A stretch of DNA of 64,000 nucleotides from an uncultured Pseudomonadales bacterium (GCA_964430265.1 CAYSEI010000001.1:254987-318986), one strand, 5' to 3'; positions 35,782 to 46,223 are shown, counted from the stretch's first letter. Made by a program: numbers and translations. The notes: a model not told the origin generated them from the sequence alone.

Positions 35782-38113
35782 CTAAATTACCTACTAATTT
35801 TTTTTCTGTTAAATATATGATTTCTCTTGTTTGTTCAATCATATCTGGAGTTACAGAAACACTTGTTATCCCCCACTTGACCAATTTTTCTGTTAACTCA
35901 GGATACAATGAAGGTGCTTGACCGCAGATTGAACTAGTAACATTTTTCTTATTGCAAGTCTTTATAATTCTCTCCAGACACCAAAGAACAGCTTGATTTC
36001 TTTCATCAAACTGTGGTGCCATAACTTCATTGTCCCGGTCAATTCCTAAGGTTAACATAGTCAAATCATTTGTTCCAATAGAAACCCCATCAATTCCCGT
36101 ATCCAAAAAATCTTCTAATAAGAGAACATTGGAAGGGATTTCTACCATCATCCAAATTTGGAATGATTTAGAGCGGTGTAAACCGTGTGTTGTGATTATT
36201 TTCTCAACTTCTTTTAGCTCCTTTACGGTTCTGACAAACGGAACCATCATCCAGAGGTTATTCAAATTATGTTTGTGTCTGACCTTTTTAATGGCTTCAA
36301 TTTCAAGTGCAAAAACTTGTTCGTCCTGCATATACCTATATGCCCCTCGATAGCCAATCAACGGGTTTTCTTCATGCGGCTCATAGTCCTTTCCTCCTTT
36401 AAGGTTTCGGTATTCATTAGTTTTGAAATCTGTTGCACGGTAAACAACCGGACGGGGACTAAAAGCTTTACAAAATTTGTGCAGTCCGTCAGCTAGTTTG
36501 TTTATAAAAAACTCTTGCTTGTTGTCTGCGATTAGTTTTTTGGGATGGACGCCTATGTGTTGGGAGATCATAAATTCTGCACGTAAAAGACCCACACCAT
36601 CCACGTTTTGTTTACTAATATCCTTAGCAAGTTCAGGTTCTCCTAAATTTACGTAAAGTTTTGTTGCTGTTTTTAATTCCGATGGATGTTTTCCGTCCAC
36701 TGTTGCATTTTTTTTATCTTCCCGGGATTCAGATACTTCCTTGATTTTAGTTTTTTCATCAGCTTTCATTCCCCCCTTGTATACATTACCTGTTTTTCCG
36801 TCCACAGTAATAACTTTTTTGTTTTCCAAGACTTGTGTGCCTTTTTTAGTACCGACTACACAAGGAACACCCAGTTCCCGGGAAACAATTGCTGCATGAG
36901 AAGTCTGTCCGCCTTTGTCAGTCACAATCGCTTTTACCCTTTTCATTGCAGGAACAAAGTCCGGGGTTGTCATTTCTGTAACTAATATTTCTCCCTTTTT
37001 AACTTTATCAATGTTTTTAGCCGAATTGACAATCTTTGCATATCCGGTTCCGATTCCCGGGCTTGCAGGTTCCCCCTTTAAAATAATATCCAGATCTAAT
37101 TTGTCCCTTTGTTTTTGTTCTTCTTCAACATCTTTGTCTTGTCTGCGGGTAGTAGTTACAGGACGTGTTTGAAGAATATACAATTTATTGTTGTACAAAC
37201 CCCATTCAATATCCTGGGGGAAAAAATAGTGCTGATGTATTTTTTTACCCAATTCAGCTAATTCAAGGATTTTTTCATCTGATAGTTTTTGTTTTCCCTG
37301 ATCAGACTTTTTCACCGTTACTTTCTGGTTATCTGTTCCAGCCTGAATCATCTTGATTGATTGTTCGTTAATTTGCTTGCTGATAATATCAAGAGGTCTT
37401 CGATTTATTTTATAGTGATCCGGAGTGACAGAACCCTGAACAATTAATTCACCCAAACCCCAAATGGCTTCAATAATTATTTTTGTTTTGTCGTTTGTAA
37501 CTGGATCAATAGTAAACATTACTCCTGAAGAGTCGGATTGAATCATTTTCTGTACAGGTACGGCAATACCAACTTTAAAGTGATCAAAGTTTTTTTCTTC
37601 CCTGTAAAAAGTTGCTCGGGGAGTAAACAAGGAGGCCCATGCTTCTCTTACTTTATTTATTAAATTAGCTTCACCACGAACATTTAAGAATGTTTCTTGT
37701 TGTCCGGCAAATGATGCGTCAGGCAGATCTTCTGCTGTAGCTGAAGAACGAATAGCAACCAAAGGATGCTGAAACTTTCCCCCCAGTTTTTCATATGCTT
37801 GGATAATTTTTTTTGATAAATCTTTTGGAACTTCTCCATGAGTGATTAGGTCCCTAATTTTTTGAGTAGCTTCATTTAATTGTCTGGGGTCAGTTAAATC
37901 AGCAGCTTCAACTGCATGCTTGATTTTATCACTGAGATTGTTGTGCTCAATAAAATAAAAATATGCAGGAGCTGTTACTATGAAACCGGGCGGCACGGGA
38001 ATTCCAAAAGAGACCATCTCTCCAAGGTTGGCACCTTTTCCTCCAACCAAGTCAATATCATCTTTGTGAACATTCTCGAACCAGACTAAATGTTTATCTT
38101 TTTGAGCAGGCAT
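35768..38113 (-). CDS. ppsA: Phosphoenolpyruvate synthase
   Basis: VGGKGANLGE, RSSATAEDLPDASFAGQQ, TSHAAIVSRE, GLLRAEF, SIGTNDL. Confidence 0.96.
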   Translation of the reverse strand: MPAQKDKHLVWFENVHKDDIDLVGGKGANLGEMVSFGIPVPPGFIVTAPAYFYFIEHNNLSDKIKHAVEAADLTDPRQLNEATQKIRDLITHGEVPKDLSKKIIQAYEKLGGKFQHPLVAIRSSATAEDLPDASFAGQQETFLNVRGEANLINKVREAWASLFTPRATFYREEKNFDHFKVGIAVPVQKMIQSDSSGVMFTIDPVTNDKTKIIIEAIWGLGELIVQGSVTPDHYKINRRPLDIISKQINEQSIKMIQAGTDNQKVTVKKSDQGKQKLSDEKILELAELGKKIHQHYFFPQDIEWGLYNNKLYILQTRPVTTTRRQDKDVEEEQKQRDKLDLDIILKGEPASPGIGTGYAKIVNSAKNIDKVKKGEILVTEMTTPDFVPAMKRVKAIVTDKGGQTSHAAIVSRELGVPCVVGTKKGTQVLENKKVITVDGKTGNVYKGGMKADEKTKIKEVSESREDKKNATVDGKHPSELKTATKLYVNLGEPELAKDISKQNVDGVGLLRAEFMISQHIGVHPKKLIADNKQEFFINKLADGLHKFCKAFSPRPVVYRATDFKTNEYRNLKGGKDYEPHEENPLIGYRGAYRYMQDEQVFALEIEAIKKVRHKHNLNNLWMMVPFVRTVKELKEVEKIITTHGLHRSKSFQIWMMVEIPSNVLLLEDFLDTGIDGVSIGTNDLTMLTLGIDRDNEVMAPQFDERNQAVLWCLERIIKTCNKKNVTSSICGQAPSLYPELTEKLVKWGITSVSVTPDMIEQTREIIYLTEKKLVGNLDDKN

Positions 38114-38122
38114 TTTTGATCC

Positions 38123-39190
38123 TTACTTTAATTTATTTTTAAAATAGTCGACCCACGGAATGGGGGCCGGGTTTAAACTGTTTAGAATACTTAAGTAAAA
38201 ACTGACATAACCACCTAATTGAATTAATTGAAAAGCGTCCTCTACTTTGTCTTTACCGTTTAAGTTAATTTTTATAGTTTCGATTTTGTTTTTATTGACA
38301 ACATCTTGAGTTAATTCAAAACGCTTTTTAATTCTATCTGAATAATGGTTTGAGTTTATAAACAGAAAAGCTAAAATCTTTTTATTTGTTTCCGGATATT
38401 TTAGGCCTTCCATTAAATGATGGTTCATTTCCGGGATAAAAAAGAAGTTACTGAAATTTTTTGAATTTTCATTTGTCTGGTTGTTCCAGACGTGAATAGC
38501 TCCTCTTAAGTGTTGGGAAGCTACAAAATTTATGACTTTGCCTTTTATTTTTCCCGCTGTTTTTTTTGCTATATTTTCTGCTGTATCAGTGTTTTGCCAA
38601 TAATTTTTTTTGTTTTCTTCCAAGAAATCAACTAATTTATCTATATCTGATTCCTGAATATTCAACAATCCTGCCTTGGAAAATAAAGCTACTTGTCCAA
38701 AGACCGAATATCCGATTGCCATTCTAGGCTGACCGCATTGATTGTATTTGGGGTCAATTTGATATAAAGGAAAATTGTTTTTTTCAGCCATTTTGGCCAG
38801 TTTGCCGTTGCTGCTTATGCTTAATGCTTTCAATCCTCTTTTTACTGTTTGTTCGGTACAAGAAATAACTTCTTCGGTGTTTCCGGAATAACTTGAAAGT
38901 ACAACTAGTGTTTTTTCGTCGACCCAATTGGGTAAATAGTAATCGCGACGCAGGAAAATAGGGACCTTAAGCTGGTCAGTAAATAATGAACGGATAACAT
39001 GACCACCCAGAGATGATCCGCCCATCCCGCAGATTATTATTTTATTGACTGATTGATATTCATTTGGAACAGCAATTTTATTAACACTTTTCCATGCATG
39101 CTTAATCTGCCTAGGAAGTGCATTAACAGATTCAAGCATATTACTTTTATCTAATTCTTGAATTAATTTAAGGTTGTCAAGCTTACTCAT
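38123..39190 (-). CDS. Bifunctional phosphoglucose/phosphomannose isomerase (SIS)
   Basis: CGMGGS, SYSGNTEE, QPR.A, NENSK, PEMNH. Confidence 0.92.
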   Translation of the reverse strand: MSKLDNLKLIQELDKSNMLESVNALPRQIKHAWKSVNKIAVPNEYQSVNKIIICGMGGSSLGGHVIRSLFTDQLKVPIFLRRDYYLPNWVDEKTLVVLSSYSGNTEEVISCTEQTVKRGLKALSISSNGKLAKMAEKNNFPLYQIDPKYNQCGQPRMAIGYSVFGQVALFSKAGLLNIQESDIDKLVDFLEENKKNYWQNTDTAENIAKKTAGKIKGKVINFVASQHLRGAIHVWNNQTNENSKNFSNFFFIPEMNHHLMEGLKYPETNKKILAFLFINSNHYSDRIKKRFELTQDVVNKNKIETIKINLNGKDKVEDAFQLIQLGGYVSFYLSILNSLNPAPIPWVDYFKNKLK

Positions 39191-39235
39191 ATATAACCAT
39201 TGTAGGGGTTTGAGTAAAAAATTGCAACTAAAAAT

Positions 39236-40609
39236 TTACTCTTTTACCAGTTCTCCACCGAGGTCATTAATCAGTGACATAAACTCCCTTTTCCTTTGCT
39301 TTAAAATTGTTTCATTATCAGCTTCAATGTTCAAACGTAATAAGGACTGTGTATTTGATGGACGGATATTTACCCAGCTGTCGTCAAACCAGATTGAAAC
39401 ACCATCCAGCCAATCAATTTCTTTTGCGTCTTTTTGCTTGCTTTCTGCAATTTGTTTCATGACTCCTTGCTTGTCTTTAACTGCAAAATTGGTTTCATCT
39501 ATATGAGGATATATGTCAAATTCCTTAACTATCTCTGAAAGTGGTTTGTCAGACTCTGAAATTAATTCCAAGGATAAAAGCATGGCAACAAAAGCAGAGT
39601 CAGCATAAAAGTTATCCCGGAAATAGTAGTGGCCGGAATGTTCTCCAGCAAAATATGCATTGTTTTCACGCATTGCTTCCTTGATTAAAGTATGGCCTAC
39701 CCGGACACGTTTATATTTACCACCCATTTCTTTTACTATTTCGGGAACTATTCTCCCGGCAACTGCATTGTAAAGAATGTTTTCGCCCGGATGTTTTTTT
39801 AGGATTGCTTTTGCAAGCATAGCTGTGGTTACTGTGCCGGAGAGGAGTTTTCCGGTTTCATCCATTAAATACATTCTGTCACCGTCACCGTCAAAAGCAA
39901 TTCCAAAATCAGCATTTTCTTGCAAAATTTTCTTTTTTAAATCTTGGGTTGCAGAAGGTAAAATCGGATTGGGAATGTGGTTGGGAAAGTTTCCGTCAAG
40001 AGTAAAATACATAGGAATAAAGTTTACAGGTAGATATAAGGCAAATTTGGGAATTACAAACCCTGCCATTGCGTTTCCTGCATCCACAATAATTTTGAAA
40101 TCCTTAATTTTGTTCAGATCTATAAAACTCAAACAGTGTTTAACAAACTTCATACTTAAATCTTTTGTGCTTTTTTTACCAAATTCGGAAGCATCAGTAA
40201 GTTCTTGATCAGATTTAGCTATCTCCCTGAGTTCATAAATTCCACTTTCACCGGATACAGCAATAGCACCTTTTTTAACAATTTTAAATCCATTGTATTC
40301 AGGAGGATTATGTGATGCAGACACGGCAACTGCTAGGTCATAATCATATTTACCAGCTGCAAAATATGCCATATCAGTACTAATTAATCCAAGGTCAACA
40401 ACATCAACACCGGATTTAATCAGACCTTCAATCAACCCACCTGCAATTTTATCTGCACTAATTCGCATATCGTGTCCGACTGCTACTTTTTTTGGTGCAA
40501 AAAGTTTGGCAAGAGACCGACCAATTCTTACGGCTCCTTCTTCATCCAAATCTTTTGGAACAACTCCGCGGATATCATAGTCTTTAAAAATTTTGGGGTT
40601 AATATTCAT
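39236..40609 (-). CDS. Phosphomannomutase/phosphoglucomutase
   Basis: FK.YDIRG, SASHNP, FDGDGDR, GEHSGH, RPSNT. Confidence 0.95.
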   Translation of the reverse strand: MNINPKIFKDYDIRGVVPKDLDEEGAVRIGRSLAKLFAPKKVAVGHDMRISADKIAGGLIEGLIKSGVDVVDLGLISTDMAYFAAGKYDYDLAVAVSASHNPPEYNGFKIVKKGAIAVSGESGIYELREIAKSDQELTDASEFGKKSTKDLSMKFVKHCLSFIDLNKIKDFKIIVDAGNAMAGFVIPKFALYLPVNFIPMYFTLDGNFPNHIPNPILPSATQDLKKKILQENADFGIAFDGDGDRMYLMDETGKLLSGTVTTAMLAKAILKKHPGENILYNAVAGRIVPEIVKEMGGKYKRVRVGHTLIKEAMRENNAYFAGEHSGHYYFRDNFYADSAFVAMLLSLELISESDKPLSEIVKEFDIYPHIDETNFAVKDKQGVMKQIAESKQKDAKEIDWLDGVSIWFDDSWVNIRPSNTQSLLRLNIEADNETILKQRKREFMSLINDLGGELVKE

Positions 40610-40651
40610 TATGGCCTCCTATTTTTTATTATATATTGTATATTGTATATA

Positions 40652-41338
40652 TTACATATTTGATATGAACTGTTCAAGCTGCCATTCCAAAGGCATAATT
40701 GATCTGCCGGTTTTAATATCAATATCTATATTTAATAATATGCCATAATTTTCTTTTAATTGCTTCAAGGTAAATTTATCGGCTTGGCTGATAAATTTGT
40801 GTTTCATCCATCCAGGTCCGGAAAGTCCTTTTTTTCCCAGGTCTTTTGCAAGGATCAGCAGGCGCAACTGGCGGATTAGCATATAAAATATCTTTTCCGG
40901 TTCTTCCTCTGCCAAACATTCTTTTAATAGTAAAACGCTTTGATAATTATTATTAGGTTGTAATGATTCCAAGAATTTGAATATTGAAGCACTAAGTTTA
41001 AAAGTTTGTGTTTTCCATTTGTTAGAAAAACCCCGAAGCTTGCGGCCGTCAATTTTCTTGCCTTCCCAGACAACAATATTAGCGTCTTCATTTTTTAAAT
41101 AGTCAATTATTTGTTTTTTACGTTTTGAATCACGGGCGCTGAATAAGTTTTCAATTATTATTAATTTATCTTGGCCAAACAAAGAAGTAGCTTCACAAGC
41201 TTGCTTGATTTCAGAAAGTTCTGTTTTACTCCCTTCAAGAATTATAATTTCTTGATTTTTTTTTTGGCCTTTTTCCTTAAGTTCCTTTAAAAAATTTCTG
41301 CTCTTAACCTGGTCTTCTCCATGAATTAGGTATGCCAT
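40652..41338 (-). CDS. DNA polymerase III delta (HolA)-like, short form
   Basis: LIHGED, SLFG..KLIIIEN, C-terminal LL.ID.DIKTG. Confidence 0.75.
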   Translation of the reverse strand: MAYLIHGEDQVKSRNFLKELKEKGQKKNQEIIILEGSKTELSEIKQACEATSLFGQDKLIIIENLFSARDSKRKKQIIDYLKNEDANIVVWEGKKIDGRKLRGFSNKWKTQTFKLSASIFKFLESLQPNNNYQSVLLLKECLAEEEPEKIFYMLIRQLRLLILAKDLGKKGLSGPGWMKHKFISQADKFTLKQLKENYGILLNIDIDIKTGRSIMPLEWQLEQFISNM

Positions 41339-41586
41339 TATTTCTTATATATAGTATAGCCTGCTTTAACAGGCTGGTCCACTTTTAAACCGATTGTTTC
41401 TCCTTTTTCAGCTAACTTAATTTGTTTATGCTCCATTTGCATGGATTCTACTTCTTGTTCAAATTCTTCATCGTTATTCCTGATCCTAATTTTGTCTCCT
41501 AATGATAGATTATCTATTAGGTCAACAACAGCAACCTGTATCTTGTCATAATAATGGGAAACAGTTCCTACTTTAAAGTCAGTCAT
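41338..41586 (-). CDS. Small beta-barrel protein (U32-peptidase C-terminal/EF-Tu domain II-like)
   Basis: VG.V.HYY.KI.VA...L...L..GD.I, Q.VESMQ.EH, A.KG..IG.KV. Confidence 0.8.
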   Translation of the reverse strand: MTDFKVGTVSHYYDKIQVAVVDLIDNLSLGDKIRIRNNDEEFEQEVESMQMEHKQIKLAEKGETIGLKVDQPVKAGYTIYKK

Positions 41587-42748
41587 TTTTATTCACCTCC
41601 TTATTTTGAGTATACCAAATTTGTTTAAAGTAGTTGTTGATTTTCTCTTTTATTTTTTCTTCATAAAACTCTTTGAATTTCGGTTGTTTGACACTATCTC
41701 TACCCAAGACATTTTTATCAATTTTATCCGCAATTTGAATATTATCTAATTTTGGTTTACCTGCTATTTTTTCCAATTCTTGGATTGCCAGAAAAGCAGG
41801 TTTTTTTTGACTGCCGTTTTCTATCAAAGCAAAATCGGAAAATACTGAATTATCTGCTTTTAATATAAATGGGGTAACGGCGGCAATTTTTTTATCATTC
41901 CAAACATTTTCAAAAGCAGTTTTATAATAATCAGCAACTATGTTCTGGTCTAAAAAAATCCCTTCTTTCCAACCAGTTTCGGTTATAAAAACGGGAAGAT
42001 CTTTATCTACGTATCTTCCTACAAATTTGAGTTCTTTTTGATATCCCTTAATTGAAGCCAAATGAGTATCCAAAGGTGAACCGCTAAAACCTGGATTGGG
42101 ATAAGAATGTGAATTCCAAGCATCAATATTTTCAAAAACATCGGGATGTTTATTAAACATTCTGGATACAAATCTGTTAAAAGACATAGTAGTGTTGCCG
42201 TTTGGAGCTGCCGCATCTATTCCGGCAGGCAATACATAAAAATCCTCGTTTGTATTTTTCAGAATTTTACTTGAATATTTTAATATAAAAGCATATTCTT
42301 CAGGTTTTACTTCTCCACCCCATTCATGTATATGATTGGGTTCATTGTAAACAACAACATAACGATTTTCTACTGGCCAATCCAAATCATTTAAAAAGTT
42401 TGCTGAATCCAAAGTGTCATAAAGGTCAGGTTTTTCCCAGAAGCTAGGTTGCATTGTTGTTGCCAATCGGACAATGGGAATCAAATGAAGTTTTTTGCAC
42501 TTGTCCATAAACTTCTGCCATTTAATTCTGTTTCTATCGTCCGTTCGTAAAGGAATGGTAACATATCCCCAATCACCCCCTGATGAATTAACCAGTTCTG
42601 CTGCCTGTTCCAATTCAATGGGATCAAGAATATGCACTCCCACTTTATTGTTTTCAGCTTCCAAAGGATTATGAATCCCCAAAACTTCACCAGGAAAAAA
42701 GAGATATAAAATAATTCCTGCTAATATGAGGAAAATATTTCTTTTCAT
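41579..42748 (-). CDS. Secreted clan-A glycoside hydrolase-like protein
   Basis: Signal/TM, YNEPN acid-base motif, SHSYP, ITETGW nucleophile motif. Confidence 0.8.
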   Translation of the reverse strand: MKRNIFLILAGIILYLFFPGEVLGIHNPLEAENNKVGVHILDPIELEQAAELVNSSGGDWGYVTIPLRTDDRNRIKWQKFMDKCKKLHLIPIVRLATTMQPSFWEKPDLYDTLDSANFLNDLDWPVENRYVVVYNEPNHIHEWGGEVKPEEYAFILKYSSKILKNTNEDFYVLPAGIDAAAPNGNTTMSFNRFVSRMFNKHPDVFENIDAWNSHSYPNPGFSGSPLDTHLASIKGYQKELKFVGRYVDKDLPVFITETGWKEGIFLDQNIVADYYKTAFENVWNDKKIAAVTPFILKADNSVFSDFALIENGSQKKPAFLAIQELEKIAGKPKLDNIQIADKIDKNVLGRDSVKQPKFKEFYEEKIKEKINNYFKQIWYTQNKEVNKND

Positions 42749-42794
42749 TGGATTACTATTTTATCATAGTTTGAAGTTGGATAAAGTAAGTTTG

Positions 42795-42866
42795 TGACCC
42801 CAACGGGAGTCGAACCCGTCTTTCTACCTTGAAAGGGTAGTGTCCTAGCCGATAGACGATGGGGCC
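42795..42866 (-). tRNA. tRNA-Glu(TTC)
   Basis: GGCCCCA/TGGGGTC acceptor, CTACC-ctTTCaa-GGTAG. Confidence 0.95.
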
Positions 42867-42871
42867 AGGTA

Positions 42872-42947
42872 TGGTGAGCCCGGGAGGAATCGAACCCCCG
42901 ACCCACTGCTTAAAAGGCAGTTGCTCTACCGACTGAGCTACGGGCCC
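42872..42947 (-). tRNA. tRNA-Lys(TTT), CCA encoded
   Basis: GGGCCCG/CGGGCTC acceptor, ACTGC-ctTTTaa-GCAGT. Confidence 0.95.
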
Positions 42948-43018
42948 ATAACTACTATATTTTACAATAAACTTCCCAATTGTTAAATGTTTTAATTTCT
43001 GGGAAGAATTTTTAAAGC

Positions 43019-43642
43019 TTATTTCTCTTTATTTTTTTCAGATTCTTCTTTCTTCTCTTCTTTACTCTTTTTCTCTTCTTCTTTTTTTGTTTTTTTCTCT
43101 CTATCTTTCTTTTTTTCCTTATCTTTTTCTTCTTGTTCATTGGGGTTTTTGTCTTTCCCTTTTTTTGAAGTTTTAGTTTCTTTTTCAGGTTTTTTTTCTT
43201 GTTTCTTTTCGGTCTTTTCCTTGTCTTTCTCTTTTTTCTCTTCAGGTTTTTCTTTTTTATCTTTATTTTCAACTTCAGCTTCAGCTTCTGTTTCTTCTTC
43301 AATTTCCTTATCTTCTCTCAAGTCTTCTCTAATTCTTGTTGCTTTTTTTCCTGTCCTTTTGCGTAGATAATTGAGTTTTGCTCTGCGGACCTTCCCTTTT
43401 TTAGTTACTTCAATCTTTTCCAAACTTGGACATGCCAGCGGCCAGATCCTTTCAACAGGAACTCCTCCGGTAGCAATTCTACGGACAACAAAGCTTTTAT
43501 TAATTCCTTTTCCTTTGATTCCCATCACAATGCCTTCAAAAGGTTGAGTTCTGATATTCTCGCCTTCCTTAATCTTGTGAAAGACTTTAACTTTGTCGCC
43601 AACTTTAAAACTGGTTTTATTTAATTTTGCTCTAAGTGCCAT
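43019..43642 (-). CDS. rplS: 50S ribosomal protein L19 with long charged C-terminal extension
   Basis: F.VGD.VKV..KIKEG..R.Q.FEG.V, VERIWP, GKVRRAKL.YLR. Confidence 0.93.
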   Translation of the reverse strand: MALRAKLNKTSFKVGDKVKVFHKIKEGENIRTQPFEGIVMGIKGKGINKSFVVRRIATGGVPVERIWPLACPSLEKIEVTKKGKVRRAKLNYLRKRTGKKATRIREDLREDKEIEEETEAEAEVENKDKKEKPEEKKEKDKEKTEKKQEKKPEKETKTSKKGKDKNPNEQEEKDKEKKKDREKKTKKEEEKKSKEEKKEESEKNKEK

Positions 43643-43668
43643 ACAGAAGTATATTTTATCATTCTCCC

Positions 43669-45324
43669 TTATTTTGCGCAAGCCTGGATAAAGGAGATAA
43701 AAATCGGATGCGGGTTTAGGGGTCTGCTCTTAAATTCCGGGTGAAACTGAACAGCAATAAAAAACGGATGCTTTTTGATTTCAACTGATTCAACAAGTTT
43801 TTTATCAGGAGAAACACCGGAAATTGTCATTCCGTGTTTTTCAAATTGTTTTGTATATTTACTGTTAAATTCATACCTGTGTCTGTGTCTTTCTATAGCT
43901 GTTAAAGGATTTCTATCTTTTATCAGATAATCTGCTTCTTTTTGGCTGTATATTTCATGTAATTTAGTTCCTTTTTTAATTACACAAGGCCAGGCACCCA
44001 AACGGATAGTTCCTCCGTACTGGTGTTTTTCAAGGTATTCTTTTTGATCAGGCATTATGTGTACAACCGGATGGGGTGTATTTTGATCCACTTCTTGCGA
44101 ATTTGCATTATCCAATCCCAAAACATTTCTGCCAAACTCAATAACGGCCATCTGCATACCAAAACATAAACCCAGGTAAGGAATCTTATTTTCTCTGGCG
44201 TACTGAACCACTTTGAGTTTTCCTTCAACTCCCCTGCTTCCCCAGCCTTGCGGTACAATAATACCGTCAACTTCGTTTAATTTCTCAAGTATTTTTGAAT
44301 TATCTTCCACTTCTTCAGTATCAATCCAAACAATTTCGGGTGAAATATCTTCATTCCAACAAGCATGTCTGATTGATTCAAGCACACAAAGATAAGTATC
44401 GGACAGAGTAAAATCACCAACGGTCTGATATTTTCCTGCCATTGCAATTTTTATTTTTCTATCGTGTTCTTTAGTTTTTTTAACAAATTTCTTCCAGTTG
44501 GTAAAATAATTGGTCTTTTTGGATTTTAAATTTAGTTTTTTAAGTATTTTTTTATCAAAATCCTGGTCTTTAAGTATTTCAGGTATTTGGTAGATATTTT
44601 CTACATAAGGGTCCGAAAAAACATTTTCAATATCTACATTACAAAATAAGGAGATACGTTCTTTTCTTTGTTTATCTAAGGGCTGTTTTGCACGGCCGAT
44701 TATAAAATCTGGTTGAATTCCCGTCTGGTTAAGTAAGCGGACAGAAGTTTGTACCGGCTTTGTCTTCATTTCTCCCAAGTTTACTGGTGTAGGTAAATAG
44801 CCAACATGAACATGAACAACCTCTTCTTTGTCTCTGATTTTCATAATTCTGTTCGCTTCTATAAAAAGGATGTTTTGATATTCGCCTACTGTGCCACCAA
44901 TCTCAATTACGACAACGTCAGCATCCATTTTATTACCTGCTTGTTTAAAGCGGCGGATCATTTCTTCGGGTACGTGAGGAACCACTTCAACGTCTTCGCC
45001 TGCATATTCAAAATTTCTTTCCCTGCGAATTACCTCCTGGTATATTTGACCGGTAGTAACGTAATTTGCGCGGGAAAGATTTTCATTTATAAAACGCTCA
45101 TAATGTCCCAGGTCCTGGTCTGACTCTATTCCGTCTTCAGTCACAAAGACTTCTCCGTGTTCTTGGGGTCTGATTGTACCAGCATCAATATTTACGTAAG
45201 GATCACACTTGATCGGTGCAACTTTTAAACCATGAGATTTTAATAGTAGACTGATAGAAGAAGTGACAATTCCCTTGCCAAGTCCTGAAATTACACCACC
45301 GGATACAAAAATATATTTAAGCAT
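43669..45324 (-). CDS. pyrG: CTP synthase
   Basis: GGVISGLGKG, DPYVNID.GT, EIGGTVG, KTKP.Q, LGLCFGMQ, RHRHRYE, QFHPEF. Confidence 0.98.
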   Translation of the reverse strand: MLKYIFVSGGVISGLGKGIVTSSISLLLKSHGLKVAPIKCDPYVNIDAGTIRPQEHGEVFVTEDGIESDQDLGHYERFINENLSRANYVTTGQIYQEVIRRERNFEYAGEDVEVVPHVPEEMIRRFKQAGNKMDADVVVIEIGGTVGEYQNILFIEANRIMKIRDKEEVVHVHVGYLPTPVNLGEMKTKPVQTSVRLLNQTGIQPDFIIGRAKQPLDKQRKERISLFCNVDIENVFSDPYVENIYQIPEILKDQDFDKKILKKLNLKSKKTNYFTNWKKFVKKTKEHDRKIKIAMAGKYQTVGDFTLSDTYLCVLESIRHACWNEDISPEIVWIDTEEVEDNSKILEKLNEVDGIIVPQGWGSRGVEGKLKVVQYARENKIPYLGLCFGMQMAVIEFGRNVLGLDNANSQEVDQNTPHPVVHIMPDQKEYLEKHQYGGTIRLGAWPCVIKKGTKLHEIYSQKEADYLIKDRNPLTAIERHRHRYEFNSKYTKQFEKHGMTISGVSPDKKLVESVEIKKHPFFIAVQFHPEFKSRPLNPHPIFISFIQACAK

Positions 45325-45332
45325 GATCTATT

Positions 45333-46223
45333 TTAACAACTTCTTATTTTTTCGGCAAGAAGCGGCGCAATAGGTAGTATATTGAGTTTTTTATACTTCT
45401 TGTCTTTTGGTTTAGTAATGGTATCGGTTACGTATAGCTTGTCAATTTGACTTTTTTCAATCTTTTCTTGTACTCCCGGTACATAAAAATGATGCGTTAA
45501 GCAGGCAACTACTTCCTTGACTTTCTGTTCTTTTAAAAAAGCAGCTGTTTTCATTAAGGTTTGTCCTGTAGAAACAAAATCATCATTGATTAATACCCTT
45601 TTCCCTTTTACCTGCTGGTTAATTCCTAGTATTTTTACTTTACCAGTTTTCAGGTCTCTCTTTTTATTAATGACTGCAATAGGCATTTCCAATGCATGTG
45701 CTAGTTTAGTGGTATTTTTTAAAGCACCAACGTCCGGACTAATGACCATTTCAATTCCGTTTTTTTTAAAAAAATCAACATAAATAGGTGTGGCTTTTAA
45801 ATGTTCTGCCGGTATGTCAAAAAAACCCAGAATAGTTTCATTATGCAAATCTACTGTCATTAATTGGTCAAGTTTGGTTGCCTGGACAATTTTTGCAATT
45901 ACTTTTGAATTTAACGGTTCTCCTTCTCGAAACACTTTATCTTGAACGCAATAGCCAAACCAAGGAATAACAGCAATAATCTTTTTTGCTCCTTTTCTCT
46001 TTAAAGCGTCTGCTATTAAACAAAATTCAATAATATACCTGTCCGGTGGATTTGAGAAGGATTGGACCACAAAACATTTTTCATCAGAAACCTTTTCTTT
46101 GACCCATACTCTGGATTCGCCATTGGGAAATTGTGATAACTCAATGTCGCCTAATTTAGTGTCCAACTGCTTAGCAATTTTTTTTGCTAAACTTTGATTT
46201 GAGGATCCGGAAAATATTTTCAT
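45333..46223 (-). CDS. prs: Ribose-phosphate pyrophosphokinase
   Basis: F.NGE, P.FGY..QD, DLH, SPD.G, DD.VSTG.T. Confidence 0.94.
   Translation of the reverse strand: MKIFSGSSNQSLAKKIAKQLDTKLGDIELSQFPNGESRVWVKEKVSDEKCFVVQSFSNPPDRYIIEFCLIADALKRKGAKKIIAVIPWFGYCVQDKVFREGEPLNSKVIAKIVQATKLDQLMTVDLHNETILGFFDIPAEHLKATPIYVDFFKKNGIEMVISPDVGALKNTTKLAHALEMPIAVINKKRDLKTGKVKILGINQQVKGKRVLINDDFVSTGQTLMKTAAFLKEQKVKEVVACLTHHFYVPGVQEKIEKSQIDKLYVTDTITKPKDKKYKKLNILPIAPLLAEKIRSC

Noticed and set aside
43012-43370. Lys-rich ORF 43012..43302 and Ser/Phe-rich ORF 43140..43370
   Set aside because: Shadow frames of the low-complexity purine-rich L19 tail.
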